From the NCBI GenBank assembly GCA_009845855.1, contig VXYT01000112.1:8472-72471 (forward strand): DNA of 64,000 nt. Reading direction: 5' to 3'. A program made the translations under genes and the position numbers. This stretch comes from Candidatus Palauibacter ramosifaciens (lineage in GTDB: Bacteria > Gemmatimonadota > Gemmatimonadetes > Palauibacterales > Palauibacteraceae). Below are positions 16,022-23,948 of the stretch, in pieces. Each line of letters opens with the position of its first letter. Position 1 is the first letter of the stretch. The notes beneath the pieces were generated by a model that ran no database searches, was not told the origin of the DNA, and was given only the letters and a program-made list of their open reading frames with translations.

Positions 16022-18912
16022 TGCGTTTCGAGTCGGTGACGGCCCACCGCTTCGGCCCCTTCCGCGACGAGACGCTGGAACTGGCGCCGGGCATGAACGT
16101 CGTCTTCGGCCGCAACGAGGCGGGCAAGTCGTCCTGGCACGCCGCGCTCTATGCCGGGCTCTGCGGCATTCGGCGCGGCAAGGGGGCGATCCGGAAGGAG
16201 GAAAGGCGGTTCGCGGAGCGCCACAGGCCGTGGGACGGCGACGAGTGGGAGATCGGGGCCATCGTCGCCCTCGAGGACGGACGGCGCGTGGAGTTGCGGC
16301 ACGACCTGGCGGGAAGGGTCGAGAGTTCGGCGGAGGACACGAGCGTCGCCAGACGGGACTATTCGGGCGAGATCCTGTTCGACGGGGCGCCGGACGGCTC
16401 GCGGTGGCTGGGTCTGAATCGCCGCTCGTTCCTCGCCACCGCCTGTGTGCGCCAGGCGGACATTCTCAAGGTCCGGGACGATCCCGAATCGCTGCAGGAA
16501 GACATGCAGCGCGCCGCGGCGACGGCCGGTGTGGACCAGACGGCGGCTGCCGCGCTGCAGCGGCTCGAGGAGGTGCTCCGGGAACGCGTTGGGTCGACCC
16601 GGGCTCCGACGAAGCCTCTCATGACGACCGCGCGGCGGGTAGCGGAGTCGCGAGAGGCGCTGGAGGCGGCCCGCGAGGCGCAGCGGGACTTCCAGGAGCG
16701 TCGCGCCGAGGTGGAAACTCTGGAACAGGCGGCGAGGGACGCCCGGCGGCGCGTGGAGGCAGCGGCGGCCGCGCTCGCGAGCGCGGAGGCGGAGGCGCTC
16801 GCGGAGCGGCTGCGGGAGGCGCGGGCCCTGCACGAGGAGTTCCCCGAGGGGGCGCCGCACCCGGTCCCCGAGGGCGGTGGGCTGACGAGAGCGGTCACCG
16901 AAGCGCTCACCACGTGGCGCAACCTCCCGGCTCCGGTGGAGCTGACCGGGCCCTCGGCGCGCGAGATCGGGGCGAGGATCGAGGGGGTCGATACGGAGCT
17001 GGCGGCCGCGCGGGCGGTCATCGCGGAGGCCGCCGCGGCGGACGCCGAGGCTCGCCTCGCCAGCGTGCATGAGCTGCATGCGCTCTTCCCGGACGGCGGC
17101 CCCCGGGTCTCCCCGGAGGAGGACGCACGCATGGGGGAGATCCGCGATGCACTGCGCGCCTGGGAGTCGCTTCCCGCAGTTGAAGCGCCGATCGGCCGGA
17201 GCGTGGAGGAGCTCGAGGAAGAGCTGGCCAACCTCGAAGAGAGACGGCGGGCGCCCCTCACGGAAGGTCCGGCCGCGCGACCCGCAATGTGGCTGGCTCT
17301 TTCGGCGGTCGTGGCGGCAGGGGGCCTCGTCCTCGCCCTGCTGGCGCCCGATTCGGGTTCCGCGGGGCTCATCCTGTTCGCCGTCGGGGCGGCGGGTGTC
17401 CTGTCCCACAGGTTCGCGAGGACACGCTCCGACCGCTCGGAGATCGCGCTCGCCCTGGACGTGCGCCACGACAGTCTCCGGCGCGAACTCGCGTCGGCGC
17501 GCGCGGAGCATGAGCGCTACGAGGACGGGCGCCGGCATCGGCGCGAGGCGATCGGCCGCATGCGCGAGCTTGCCGATCCGGAGACCGCGGCGACCGCCGA
17601 CCCGGAAACGCTCGCGGACGCCCTGCGCCGCGAGGTGGCGTCCCTGCAGGCCGGACGAGAAAAGGCCGGGCAGCTGGGCTCGCAGTGGGACGAGCTCAAG
17701 GGGTTGCTGGCCGGCTCGTCCTTCGACGCGCTTGTCGCCGAGACGGATCGGCGGCGCGAGGCGGCTGACGTCCTTGTCGCGGATGTGGCCGAGGCCGCGC
17801 TCGCGGACGCGAGGGCGCGGGGCATTACGCGGGGAGAGTTGGACGAACTCGAACGGCGGGCCGCGGAGCGACGTCGAACGTGGAGCGACGAGCGGGCCCG
17901 GCGCCTGGCGGCGGAGACGCGCGACGCACAGCGGTCGGAACGTGCCGCCGATGCCGCGAACAAGCTGCGCGAAGCCGGCGCGCAGGTCGGCGTGACCGCC
18001 GAAGATCCCGAGGATCTGGCTGCCGCACTGGAGCAATGGCGCGCCGGCCGGGAGCGGGTGCTCGACGAAGCCGGCGAGCGCAACGAGTCATGGGATCGCC
18101 TGCAACAGTTGCTTGGCGAGCGGACGCTGGAGGCGTTCGCGGACGATGTGGAGCGACTCCGCCTCCGGGCCGCCCGGCTCCTCGCCCGCAGCGGAGCGGA
18201 CGTTGACGAGGCTCGGGCGAGACGGGTCACCGAGGCGACGCTGGAGGATCTGAAGGGAGAAGCGGAGGCGGCCCGCGAGGAGGTGCTGCGCGCGGGCGGC
18301 CAGCTCACCGAGCGCGAACATCACCTCCCCAGCGTCGCGGACGCGGAGGACGCGCTGGCAGCGGCCGAACGTGAACAGGCGAGGATCGCACGTCTCAAGG
18401 ACACGCTGGACTGCACGATCGGGTTCCTCGAAGAGGCGCAGGAGCGCGTGCTGCGCGACATCGCGCCCATCCTCAGGCGGACCGTGCTCGAATGGCTGCC
18501 CGGGGTGACGGACGGCCGCTACACGGGATGCCGCATCGACCCGGAGAATCTGCTCGTGGAGGTCCGGGCGCCGGGCGGGCGCTGGCGGCCCGCCGAACTG
18601 CTCTCCCATGGCACGGCGGAGCAGATCTACCTGCTGCTCAGGTTCGCACTCTCACGGCACCTCACGCGCGAAGGCGAATCCTGTCCGCTCATCCTGGATG
18701 ATGTCGTCGCCGCTTCCGACGCGGCACGGAAACGGGCAGTACTGCAGACGCTGTACGCACTCTCGCGCTCGACGCAGATCATCCTCTTCACGCACGAGGA
18801 TGATGTGCGGGACTGGGCAACGGACCACCTCGCGGAACCCGACGGCCGCCTCATCGAACTCGGCGGACGGCGCGTCGAGAGTGAAGGAAACGGGCTGGCC
18901 GCCGCTACTTGA
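16021..18912 (+). CDS. sbcC: SbcC/Rad50-like SMC-type ATPase (YhaN-like: Walker A, long coiled coils, internal TM hairpin, no CxxC zinc hook)
   Basis: TAATG overlap with sbcD. Walker A is GRNEAGKSS. The ABC signature LSHGTAEQ, Walker B/D-loop LILDDVVAASD and H-loop FTHED sit at the C-terminus. The central ~800 aa are Ala/Glu/Arg-rich coiled coil. Two hydrophobic helices (PAMWLALSAVVAAGGLVLALLAP...LILFAVGAAGVLS) interrupt it. Confidence 0.8.
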   Translation: MRFESVTAHRFGPFRDETLELAPGMNVVFGRNEAGKSSWHAALYAGLCGIRRGKGAIRKEERRFAERHRPWDGDEWEIGAIVALEDGRRVELRHDLAGRVESSAEDTSVARRDYSGEILFDGAPDGSRWLGLNRRSFLATACVRQADILKVRDDPESLQEDMQRAAATAGVDQTAAAALQRLEEVLRERVGSTRAPTKPLMTTARRVAESREALEAAREAQRDFQERRAEVETLEQAARDARRRVEAAAAALASAEAEALAERLREARALHEEFPEGAPHPVPEGGGLTRAVTEALTTWRNLPAPVELTGPSAREIGARIEGVDTELAAARAVIAEAAAADAEARLASVHELHALFPDGGPRVSPEEDARMGEIRDALRAWESLPAVEAPIGRSVEELEEELANLEERRRAPLTEGPAARPAMWLALSAVVAAGGLVLALLAPDSGSAGLILFAVGAAGVLSHRFARTRSDRSEIALALDVRHDSLRRELASARAEHERYEDGRRHRREAIGRMRELADPETAATADPETLADALRREVASLQAGREKAGQLGSQWDELKGLLAGSSFDALVAETDRRREAADVLVADVAEAALADARARGITRGELDELERRAAERRRTWSDERARRLAAETRDAQRSERAADAANKLREAGAQVGVTAEDPEDLAAALEQWRAGRERVLDEAGERNESWDRLQQLLGERTLEAFADDVERLRLRAARLLARSGADVDEARARRVTEATLEDLKGEAEAAREEVLRAGGQLTEREHHLPSVADAEDALAAAEREQARIARLKDTLDCTIGFLEEAQERVLRDIAPILRRTVLEWLPGVTDGRYTGCRIDPENLLVEVRAPGGRWRPAELLSHGTAEQIYLLLRFALSRHLTREGESCPLILDDVVAASDAARKRAVLQTLYALSRSTQIILFTHEDDVRDWATDHLAEPDGRLIELGGRRVESEGNGLAAAT

Positions 18913-19912
18913 AGACCTTGTAGTCGGTCGAGTGGCCCGGGTTCACCTTCGCGGTCGGGTCGATGTGGTGGACCGCGTTGTTCACGGCGATCGCGGCCTC
19001 TCCGAAACCGGTCGAGATCAGTTCCAGCTTCCCGTCGTAGGTGGCGATGTCCCCTGCCGCATAGACGCCGGGGATGTTCGTGCGCATGCGCGAGTCCACC
19101 TCGATGCACCTCTTCCGCAGCTCGAGCCCCCATTCGGCGATCGGCCCGATGTTCGGAACGAAACCTATCAGAGCGATGATGCCGTCCACCTCGATTCGCT
19201 CCGTTTCCTTCGTCTTCGTGTGCCGGATCGTCGCGGCCTCCACCCGCTCGCCGCCGTGAATCTCCGTTACGGTGTGGAACGTTCGGAGCCGCAGTTCTCC
19301 GCGTTCATGCGCTCCCTCCACCTGGGCGACCGTGCTCTCGTGGGCCCGATAGCGGTCGGTCCGGTGAATATGTGTGAGCTCTCCGGCGATGTTCCGCAGC
19401 GCCCAACTCCAGTCGAAGGCGGAGTCGCCCCCGCCGACAAGAAGGACGCGTTTCCCGCGGAACACTTCCGGGTCCTTCACGTTCGTCGCGAGGCCCCGGT
19501 TCAGGAACTCATCCCAGCCCGGCACGCGCAGAGTGCGGCTCTTGAAGGCGCCCTTACCCCCCGCAATGACGACGGTGCGCGTGGGCCGCGGACCCTTGTC
19601 CGTGCGAAGATCGAAGCAGCCGTTTCCCGGATTGAGTTCGAGGACGCGCTCCTCTAGACAGACCTGCGCGTCGAACTGCAGACCCTGCGTGACGAGTTCC
19701 CGCGCCAGATCCTTGGCCAGCACCCGGGGGAAACCGGCGACGTCGAACACGTCCTTCTCCGGGTACAGCGCCGTAAGCTGACCCCCTAGTTCGGGAAGGA
19801 CATCGATGATGCGGGCCGACGCACCGCGCATACCGGCGTAGAAGGACCCGTAGAGGCCGGTCGGACCGCCTCCGATGATGGTAATGTCGACTGTTTCTTC
19901 TTTCACGCCCAA
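18905..19912 (-). CDS. ferredoxin--NADP+ reductase (thioredoxin-reductase-like, YumC type)
   Basis: N-terminus EETVDITIIGGGPTGLYGSFYAGMRGASARIIDVLPELGGQLTALYPEKDVFDVAGFP has the FAD-binding GGGPTG motif. A second NAD(P)-binding motif is VLLVGGGDSAFDW. It ends convergently, overlapping sbcC by 8 nt. Confidence 0.9.
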   Translation of the reverse strand: MGVKEETVDITIIGGGPTGLYGSFYAGMRGASARIIDVLPELGGQLTALYPEKDVFDVAGFPRVLAKDLARELVTQGLQFDAQVCLEERVLELNPGNGCFDLRTDKGPRPTRTVVIAGGKGAFKSRTLRVPGWDEFLNRGLATNVKDPEVFRGKRVLLVGGGDSAFDWSWALRNIAGELTHIHRTDRYRAHESTVAQVEGAHERGELRLRTFHTVTEIHGGERVEAATIRHTKTKETERIEVDGIIALIGFVPNIGPIAEWGLELRKRCIEVDSRMRTNIPGVYAAGDIATYDGKLELISTGFGEAAIAVNNAVHHIDPTAKVNPGHSTDYKVFK

Positions 19913-19936
19913 GCCGTTCAGGCCGTCCGGGGATCG

Positions 19937-20596
19937 TCAGGCCGCGCTCTTCCATTTCCGCCGGAGGCAATGCGTTCCGTAATCGATGATCGCCCAGGCC
20001 GACGTTACGCCGACGAGCAACACGAGTGCGGGAACATACCGAGGGTTGAAAATGAGGGCGAGGAGCGTAAGAAATTGCAGGCCGGTGGCGATTTTGCCCG
20101 GCCACCGGGGCTTGAAGGGGATGATGATGGAGACGAGCCGGGCCAGGAGGTAGCACCCGGCCGTATAGAGATCCCGGAGGATCAGGATCACGAACGACAC
20201 CCCGTCGAGGCTGCCCGCCGCCAGGAAGCCGGAGAGGGCGAGCAGGACGAAGAGCTTGTCGCAGAGCGGGTCGAGCAGGAGTCCGACCTGGGAGCGCGTC
20301 CCGCTTACGCGGGCGATGAACCCATCGAGGACGTCCGTTGCGCCCGCCGTGGCCACGAGAAGAGCCATCATGCCGGGGTCCGAGACCACTATGAAGGCGA
20401 GGCCGAGCGGTATGCGGCTGAGGGACAGTAGATTCGACAGGGTCAGAAACCCCGGATCGTGTGTCTGTATCGGATTCCTCCGCTTCGACCTGGTCGACGG
20501 ACCCGCCCCACGCACGGGAAGATGCACGTTCCTGGGGCGGGTCTCCAGTGCCCCGGCGAGCGTCGCCGAGGGTTCGCCGAATGCGGCGCGATGCAT
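19937..20596 (-). CDS. pgsA: CDP-alcohol phosphatidyltransferase (PgsA-like)
   Basis: Carries the CDP-OH phosphatidyltransferase motif DVLDGFIARVSGTRSQVGLLLDPLCDKL (D-G-x2-A-R...G...D-x3-D). The ORF track's long N-terminal extension (to 21064) runs across ssb and is not real. The ATG at 20596 is my proposed start; a shorter start is also possible. Confidence 0.75.
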   Translation of the reverse strand: MHRAAFGEPSATLAGALETRPRNVHLPVRGAGPSTRSKRRNPIQTHDPGFLTLSNLLSLSRIPLGLAFIVVSDPGMMALLVATAGATDVLDGFIARVSGTRSQVGLLLDPLCDKLFVLLALSGFLAAGSLDGVSFVILILRDLYTAGCYLLARLVSIIIPFKPRWPGKIATGLQFLTLLALIFNPRYVPALVLLVGVTSAWAIIDYGTHCLRRKWKSAA

Positions 20597-20601
20597 GCAG
20601 T

Positions 20602-20976
20602 CTACTGCGGCAGCTCGGCGCTGTCGGTTGCGAGGTCGCCGTCGTCCGGCCGCGGATCCAGCATCACCATGTCCTCCACGACCACGTCCACGGTGGGAAT
20701 CGCGATGCCGTCGCGCTCGAACGACCCGTACTCGAGGTGGCCCTCGACGTAGAGGCGCGAGCCCTTGCGCACGTACTCGCCGACCGTCTCCGCCTGACGC
20801 CGCCAGAAGGTGAGCCGGTGCCAATCCGTGCGGCGCTGGGTCTCCCCGTTCTTGCGGAACACGCGGTTGGTCGCGAGCGACAGGTGCGCGACGGCGGTGC
20901 CGGAGGCGGTCTCGCGCACATCGGGATCGCTGCCGGCGTTTCCGACGAGGATGACGCGGTTCACCGTTCTCGACAT
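20602..20976 (-). CDS. ssb: single-stranded DNA-binding protein
   Basis: MSRTVNRVILVGNAGSDPDVRETASGTAVAHLSLATNRVFRKNGETQRRTDWHRLTFWRRQAETVGEYVRKGSRLYVEGHLEY is an OB fold, with an acidic C-terminal tail (DDGDLATDSAELPQ). A strong SD (AAGGAGAG) precedes the ATG at 20976. Confidence 0.9.
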   Translation of the reverse strand: MSRTVNRVILVGNAGSDPDVRETASGTAVAHLSLATNRVFRKNGETQRRTDWHRLTFWRRQAETVGEYVRKGSRLYVEGHLEYGSFERDGIAIPTVDVVVEDMVMLDPRPDDGDLATDSAELPQ

Positions 20977-21121
20977 GATTCTCTCCTTTGCGATGCGTGA
21001 GCAGGTCAGCGAGGCACGCGAATCTCCGATCGGGGGGAGGGACTTCAAACCGCATCTCCGCCACGGCCGGAGCTGGCCGGTCCCACCTTGACGCCGCAGC
21101 CGGGAGAGGGTCTGCTCAGGG

Positions 21122-22105
21122 ATGATCCGGACGGACCTCTCTTCAGACGTCTCGCGGATCCGGGCCCGGCGGGGCCTGGTTCTGATCGCCGTCGCCATCG
21201 TCCTTTCGGCGACGATCTCCGTCATCGAGGTCATCGTCCGCGCGACGCTCGAAGGCCCCCGGATCACGGCGCTCGCCCAGTCGGTGGAAGGGCTTGGGCC
21301 GGGTTCCGCCGTCTGGGTGGCCGGGAGGTCGGTCGGGCGCGTGCTGTCGATTTCGTTCCAGGCTCCCGGAGCAAACGGACGCGATGCGTCGCTCGAGAGC
21401 CGGGTCGTGATCGAAGCCGTCATCGACCGGGCCGCCGAAACGATCCTGCGAGCGGATGCCACCGCCGACGTCCGACCGTCGGATCTCGTGGCGCCCGTCG
21501 TCCTCTCCGTGAACCCGGGCACGGGCTCCGCCCCCCCCTGGAACTACTCGGACACGCTGCGCGCTTCCGGTCCGCCGATCGAACCGGAGACGGTCATGGC
21601 GCTGGCGGACTCGCTGTTGGGGGCGGTACGCACGCTCGAAGTGGGCGCCTCCGAAGCGCAGGACGCGCTCGGCTCGGATCAGGGCTCGCTCGCCCGCTTT
21701 CGGGAGGATCCGGGCACGCTGGCCGGGCTGCGAAGCAGTCTCGAAGCGCTGGAGGAGCTGTTTCAGCAGGACTTTCGGCGCTCGTCGCTCGCGCGGCTCG
21801 CGACGGACACGCTCGTGAGCGCGGCCACGCGCCGCGTGCGGGAACGGTTCGCGACCTGGGAGGCGTCCCCGCGACTCGCGCACGGCGTCGGCAATCTCGA
21901 ATCGACAGTCGAGGCGCTGGACGCGGTGCTGTCTCGTGTCGCGGCGATGATCGCGCGGCTGGAGCGCGGCGAGGGGACCGCGGGCCGGGCTCTCGTGGAT
22001 GGGGAGGTCCGACGCCAAATCGCCGCCCTGCGCACCGCAGTCGCCGAGTTGGCGGAAGACCTCGGTTACAACCCGTCGCGCTGGCTCCGCATCCGCGTCT
22101 TCTAG
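21122..22105 (+). CDS. MCE/MlaD-family protein (single N-terminal TM plus MCE domain plus C-terminal helical region)
   Basis: TM segment LVLIAVAIVLSATISVIEVIV. MCE-like core: VWVAGRSVGRVLSISF. C-terminal stretch: LERGEGTAGRALVD. Confidence 0.7.
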   Translation: MIRTDLSSDVSRIRARRGLVLIAVAIVLSATISVIEVIVRATLEGPRITALAQSVEGLGPGSAVWVAGRSVGRVLSISFQAPGANGRDASLESRVVIEAVIDRAAETILRADATADVRPSDLVAPVVLSVNPGTGSAPPWNYSDTLRASGPPIEPETVMALADSLLGAVRTLEVGASEAQDALGSDQGSLARFREDPGTLAGLRSSLEALEELFQQDFRRSSLARLATDTLVSAATRRVRERFATWEASPRLAHGVGNLESTVEALDAVLSRVAAMIARLERGEGTAGRALVDGEVRRQIAALRTAVAELAEDLGYNPSRWLRIRVF

Positions 22106-22667
22106 CAGCCGGGCTGCCGGCTGGCCGCCGGCTCAGATCCTCCGCTTCGGAAGGCCGCCGTGGACGGCGAACCGGAGCAGTTCCGTCTTTCTGCCGCGCT
22201 TTCGCCGGACCCCGATGATGACGTGGTCGACCACCTGGTCGCGGTCTTCGATGGACACCGCCACATCGACGGACCCGTCCGCGGCCGAGATCCGCGTCCG
22301 CACCGACCGGCCCGGCTCCGCGTCCGCCGTACGTGCCGGATTGCGGCACAGCGTGCGGGACGAACGGCGCCCCCCCGGCACCGGCCGCGACAGCTTCAAC
22401 AGACGGAACCAGTCGGGCTGATAGCTTATCCGCCACAGGTTGCCGAGCTGGTCGAGTCCCCTTCCTTCGCGATTGTGTCTGGCCATCGGGCGCTCGCGGG
22501 TCGCAGTTACGGTTGCGGCGCGGTCGCCTTGACCGTGCCCGGCGGCACCATTATGGTCGGTGCGTCCACCTCGGACCACATCCCCCGGCCGCAAGCAGGA
22601 CACCTCACGAACCGACCATGCCGTACGCGGCGTGGCTGCAGCCCGGCTCACTCTCTTCCGGAGGCAG

Positions 22668-23921
22668 GCGATGGACATCGCCGAACTCAAGTCGAAGTCG
22701 ATCGGCGAGCTTCATGACATGGCCGAAGAACTCGACATTCACAACTTCTCGGGCCTTCGAAAACAGGACCTGATCTTTCGGATCGAACAGAATCTCCTCG
22801 ATTCCGACATCGTCCTCCGGGGCGAGGGCGTCCTCGAGATTCTGCCGGAGGGCTACGGCTTTCTGCGGAGCCAGGACTGGAACTACCTGTACGGCCCGGA
22901 CGACATCTACGTCTCCCCGTCGCAGATCAAGCGCTTCGACATGCGGACGGGCGACACCATCCAGGGCCGCGTGCGGCCGCCGAAGGAGGGAGAGCGGTAC
23001 CTCGCCCTGCTGAAGGTGGAGACGCTCAACGGCGTGGACCCGGACAAGGCGAAGCACCGGATCGCGTTCGACAATCTCCGACCGCGCTATCCCGAGGAGC
23101 GGCTCGTCCTCGAGCAGGAGGACGGCGATGTGTCGATGCGGATCCTCGACCTCATCGCGCCGATCGGTAAGGGGCAGCGGAGCCTCATCGTCTCCCCGCC
23201 CAAGGCCGGGAAGACGATCCTCCTGCAGAAGATCGCGAACGCGATCGTCGCGAACCAGCCGGATGCGAAGGTGATCGTACTCCTCATCGACGAGCGGCCC
23301 GAAGAGGTCACGGACATGGAGGAGAACGTTCCCGCCGAGATCATCTCATCCACGTTCGATGAGCCGGCCGACCGCCACACGCAGGTGGCGGAGATGGTGA
23401 TCGAGAAAGCCAAGCGGCTGGTCGAATACCAGCACGATGTCGTGATCCTCCTCGATTCGATCACGCGCCTCGCGCGGGCCTACAACACGACGGTCCCCCA
23501 CTCGGGCAAGATTCTCTCCGGCGGCGTGGATGCGAACGCGCTCCATCGGCCGAAGCGCTTCTTCGGCGCGGCGCGAAACATCGAGGAGGGGGGCAGCCTC
23601 ACGATCATCGCGACGGCCCTGATCGAGACGGGCAGCCGGATGGACGAGGTCATCTTCGAGGAGTTCAAGGGCACGGGGAACAGCGAGGTCCTGCTGGACC
23701 GCCAGATCTCCGACAAGCGGATCTACCCCGCGATCGATCTCAACCGTTCGAGCACGCGCAAGGAGGAACTCCTCCTGAACGAGGTCGAACTCAACCGGAT
23801 GTACCTGCTGCGGAACTTCCTCTCCGACATGCCGCCGGCCGAGGCGATTCAGTTCATGATCGAGCGGCTGCAGCGCACGGACACGAACCAGGAGTTCCTC
23901 GACTCGATGGCCGGCGGATAG
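22668..23921 (+). CDS. rho: transcription termination factor Rho
   Basis: [23 protein letters not shown]... is the N-terminal RNA-binding domain. Walker A is PPKAGKT. The Q-loop/R-loop region and C-terminal motifs ([27 protein letters not shown]) are conserved. The annotated ORF start at 22560 is too far upstream. Confidence 0.95.
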   Translation, partial: AMDIAELKSKSIGELHDMAEELDIHNFSGLRKQDLIFRIEQNLLDSDIVLRGEGVLEILPEGYGFLRSQDWNYLYGPDDIYVSPSQIKRFDMRTGDTIQGRVRPPKEGERYLALLKVETLNGVDPDKAKHRIAFDNLRPRYPEERLVLEQEDGDVSMRILDLIAPIGKGQRSLIVSPPKAGKTILLQKIANAIVANQPDAKVIVLLIDERPEEVTDMEENVPAEIISSTFDEPADRHTQVAEMVIEKAKRLVEYQHDVVILLDSITRLARAYNTTVPHSGKILSGGVDANALHRPKRFFGAARNIEEGGSLTIIATALIETGSRMDEVIFEEFKGTGNSEVLLDRQISDKRIYPAIDLNRSSTRKEELLLNEVELNRMYLLRNFLSDMPPAEAIQFMIERLQRTDTNQEFLDSMAGG

Positions 23922-23948
23922 CCGGTTTCGCGGCTCGCGGGCGCCGGG

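Noticed and set aside
15868-18036. 722-aa minus-strand ORF and 16359-17372 / 17517-18308 minus ORFs
   Set aside because: They are antisense to the SbcC-like ATPase, whose Walker A and signature motifs are unambiguous on the plus strand.
20597-21064. N-terminal extension of the pgsA ORF and overlapping ORFs 20256-20813, 20461-21000
   Set aside because: The extension runs straight through the ssb gene (20602-20976), which has a strong SD and an OB-fold sequence. PgsA homology begins only around 20470-20596.
22133-22717. 185-aa ORFs on both strands between the MCE gene and rho
   Set aside because: No family signal and non-protein-like composition on the plus strand. Most likely this is the rho 5' leader. 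The minus-strand ORF is kept only as a low-probability possibility (see finding).
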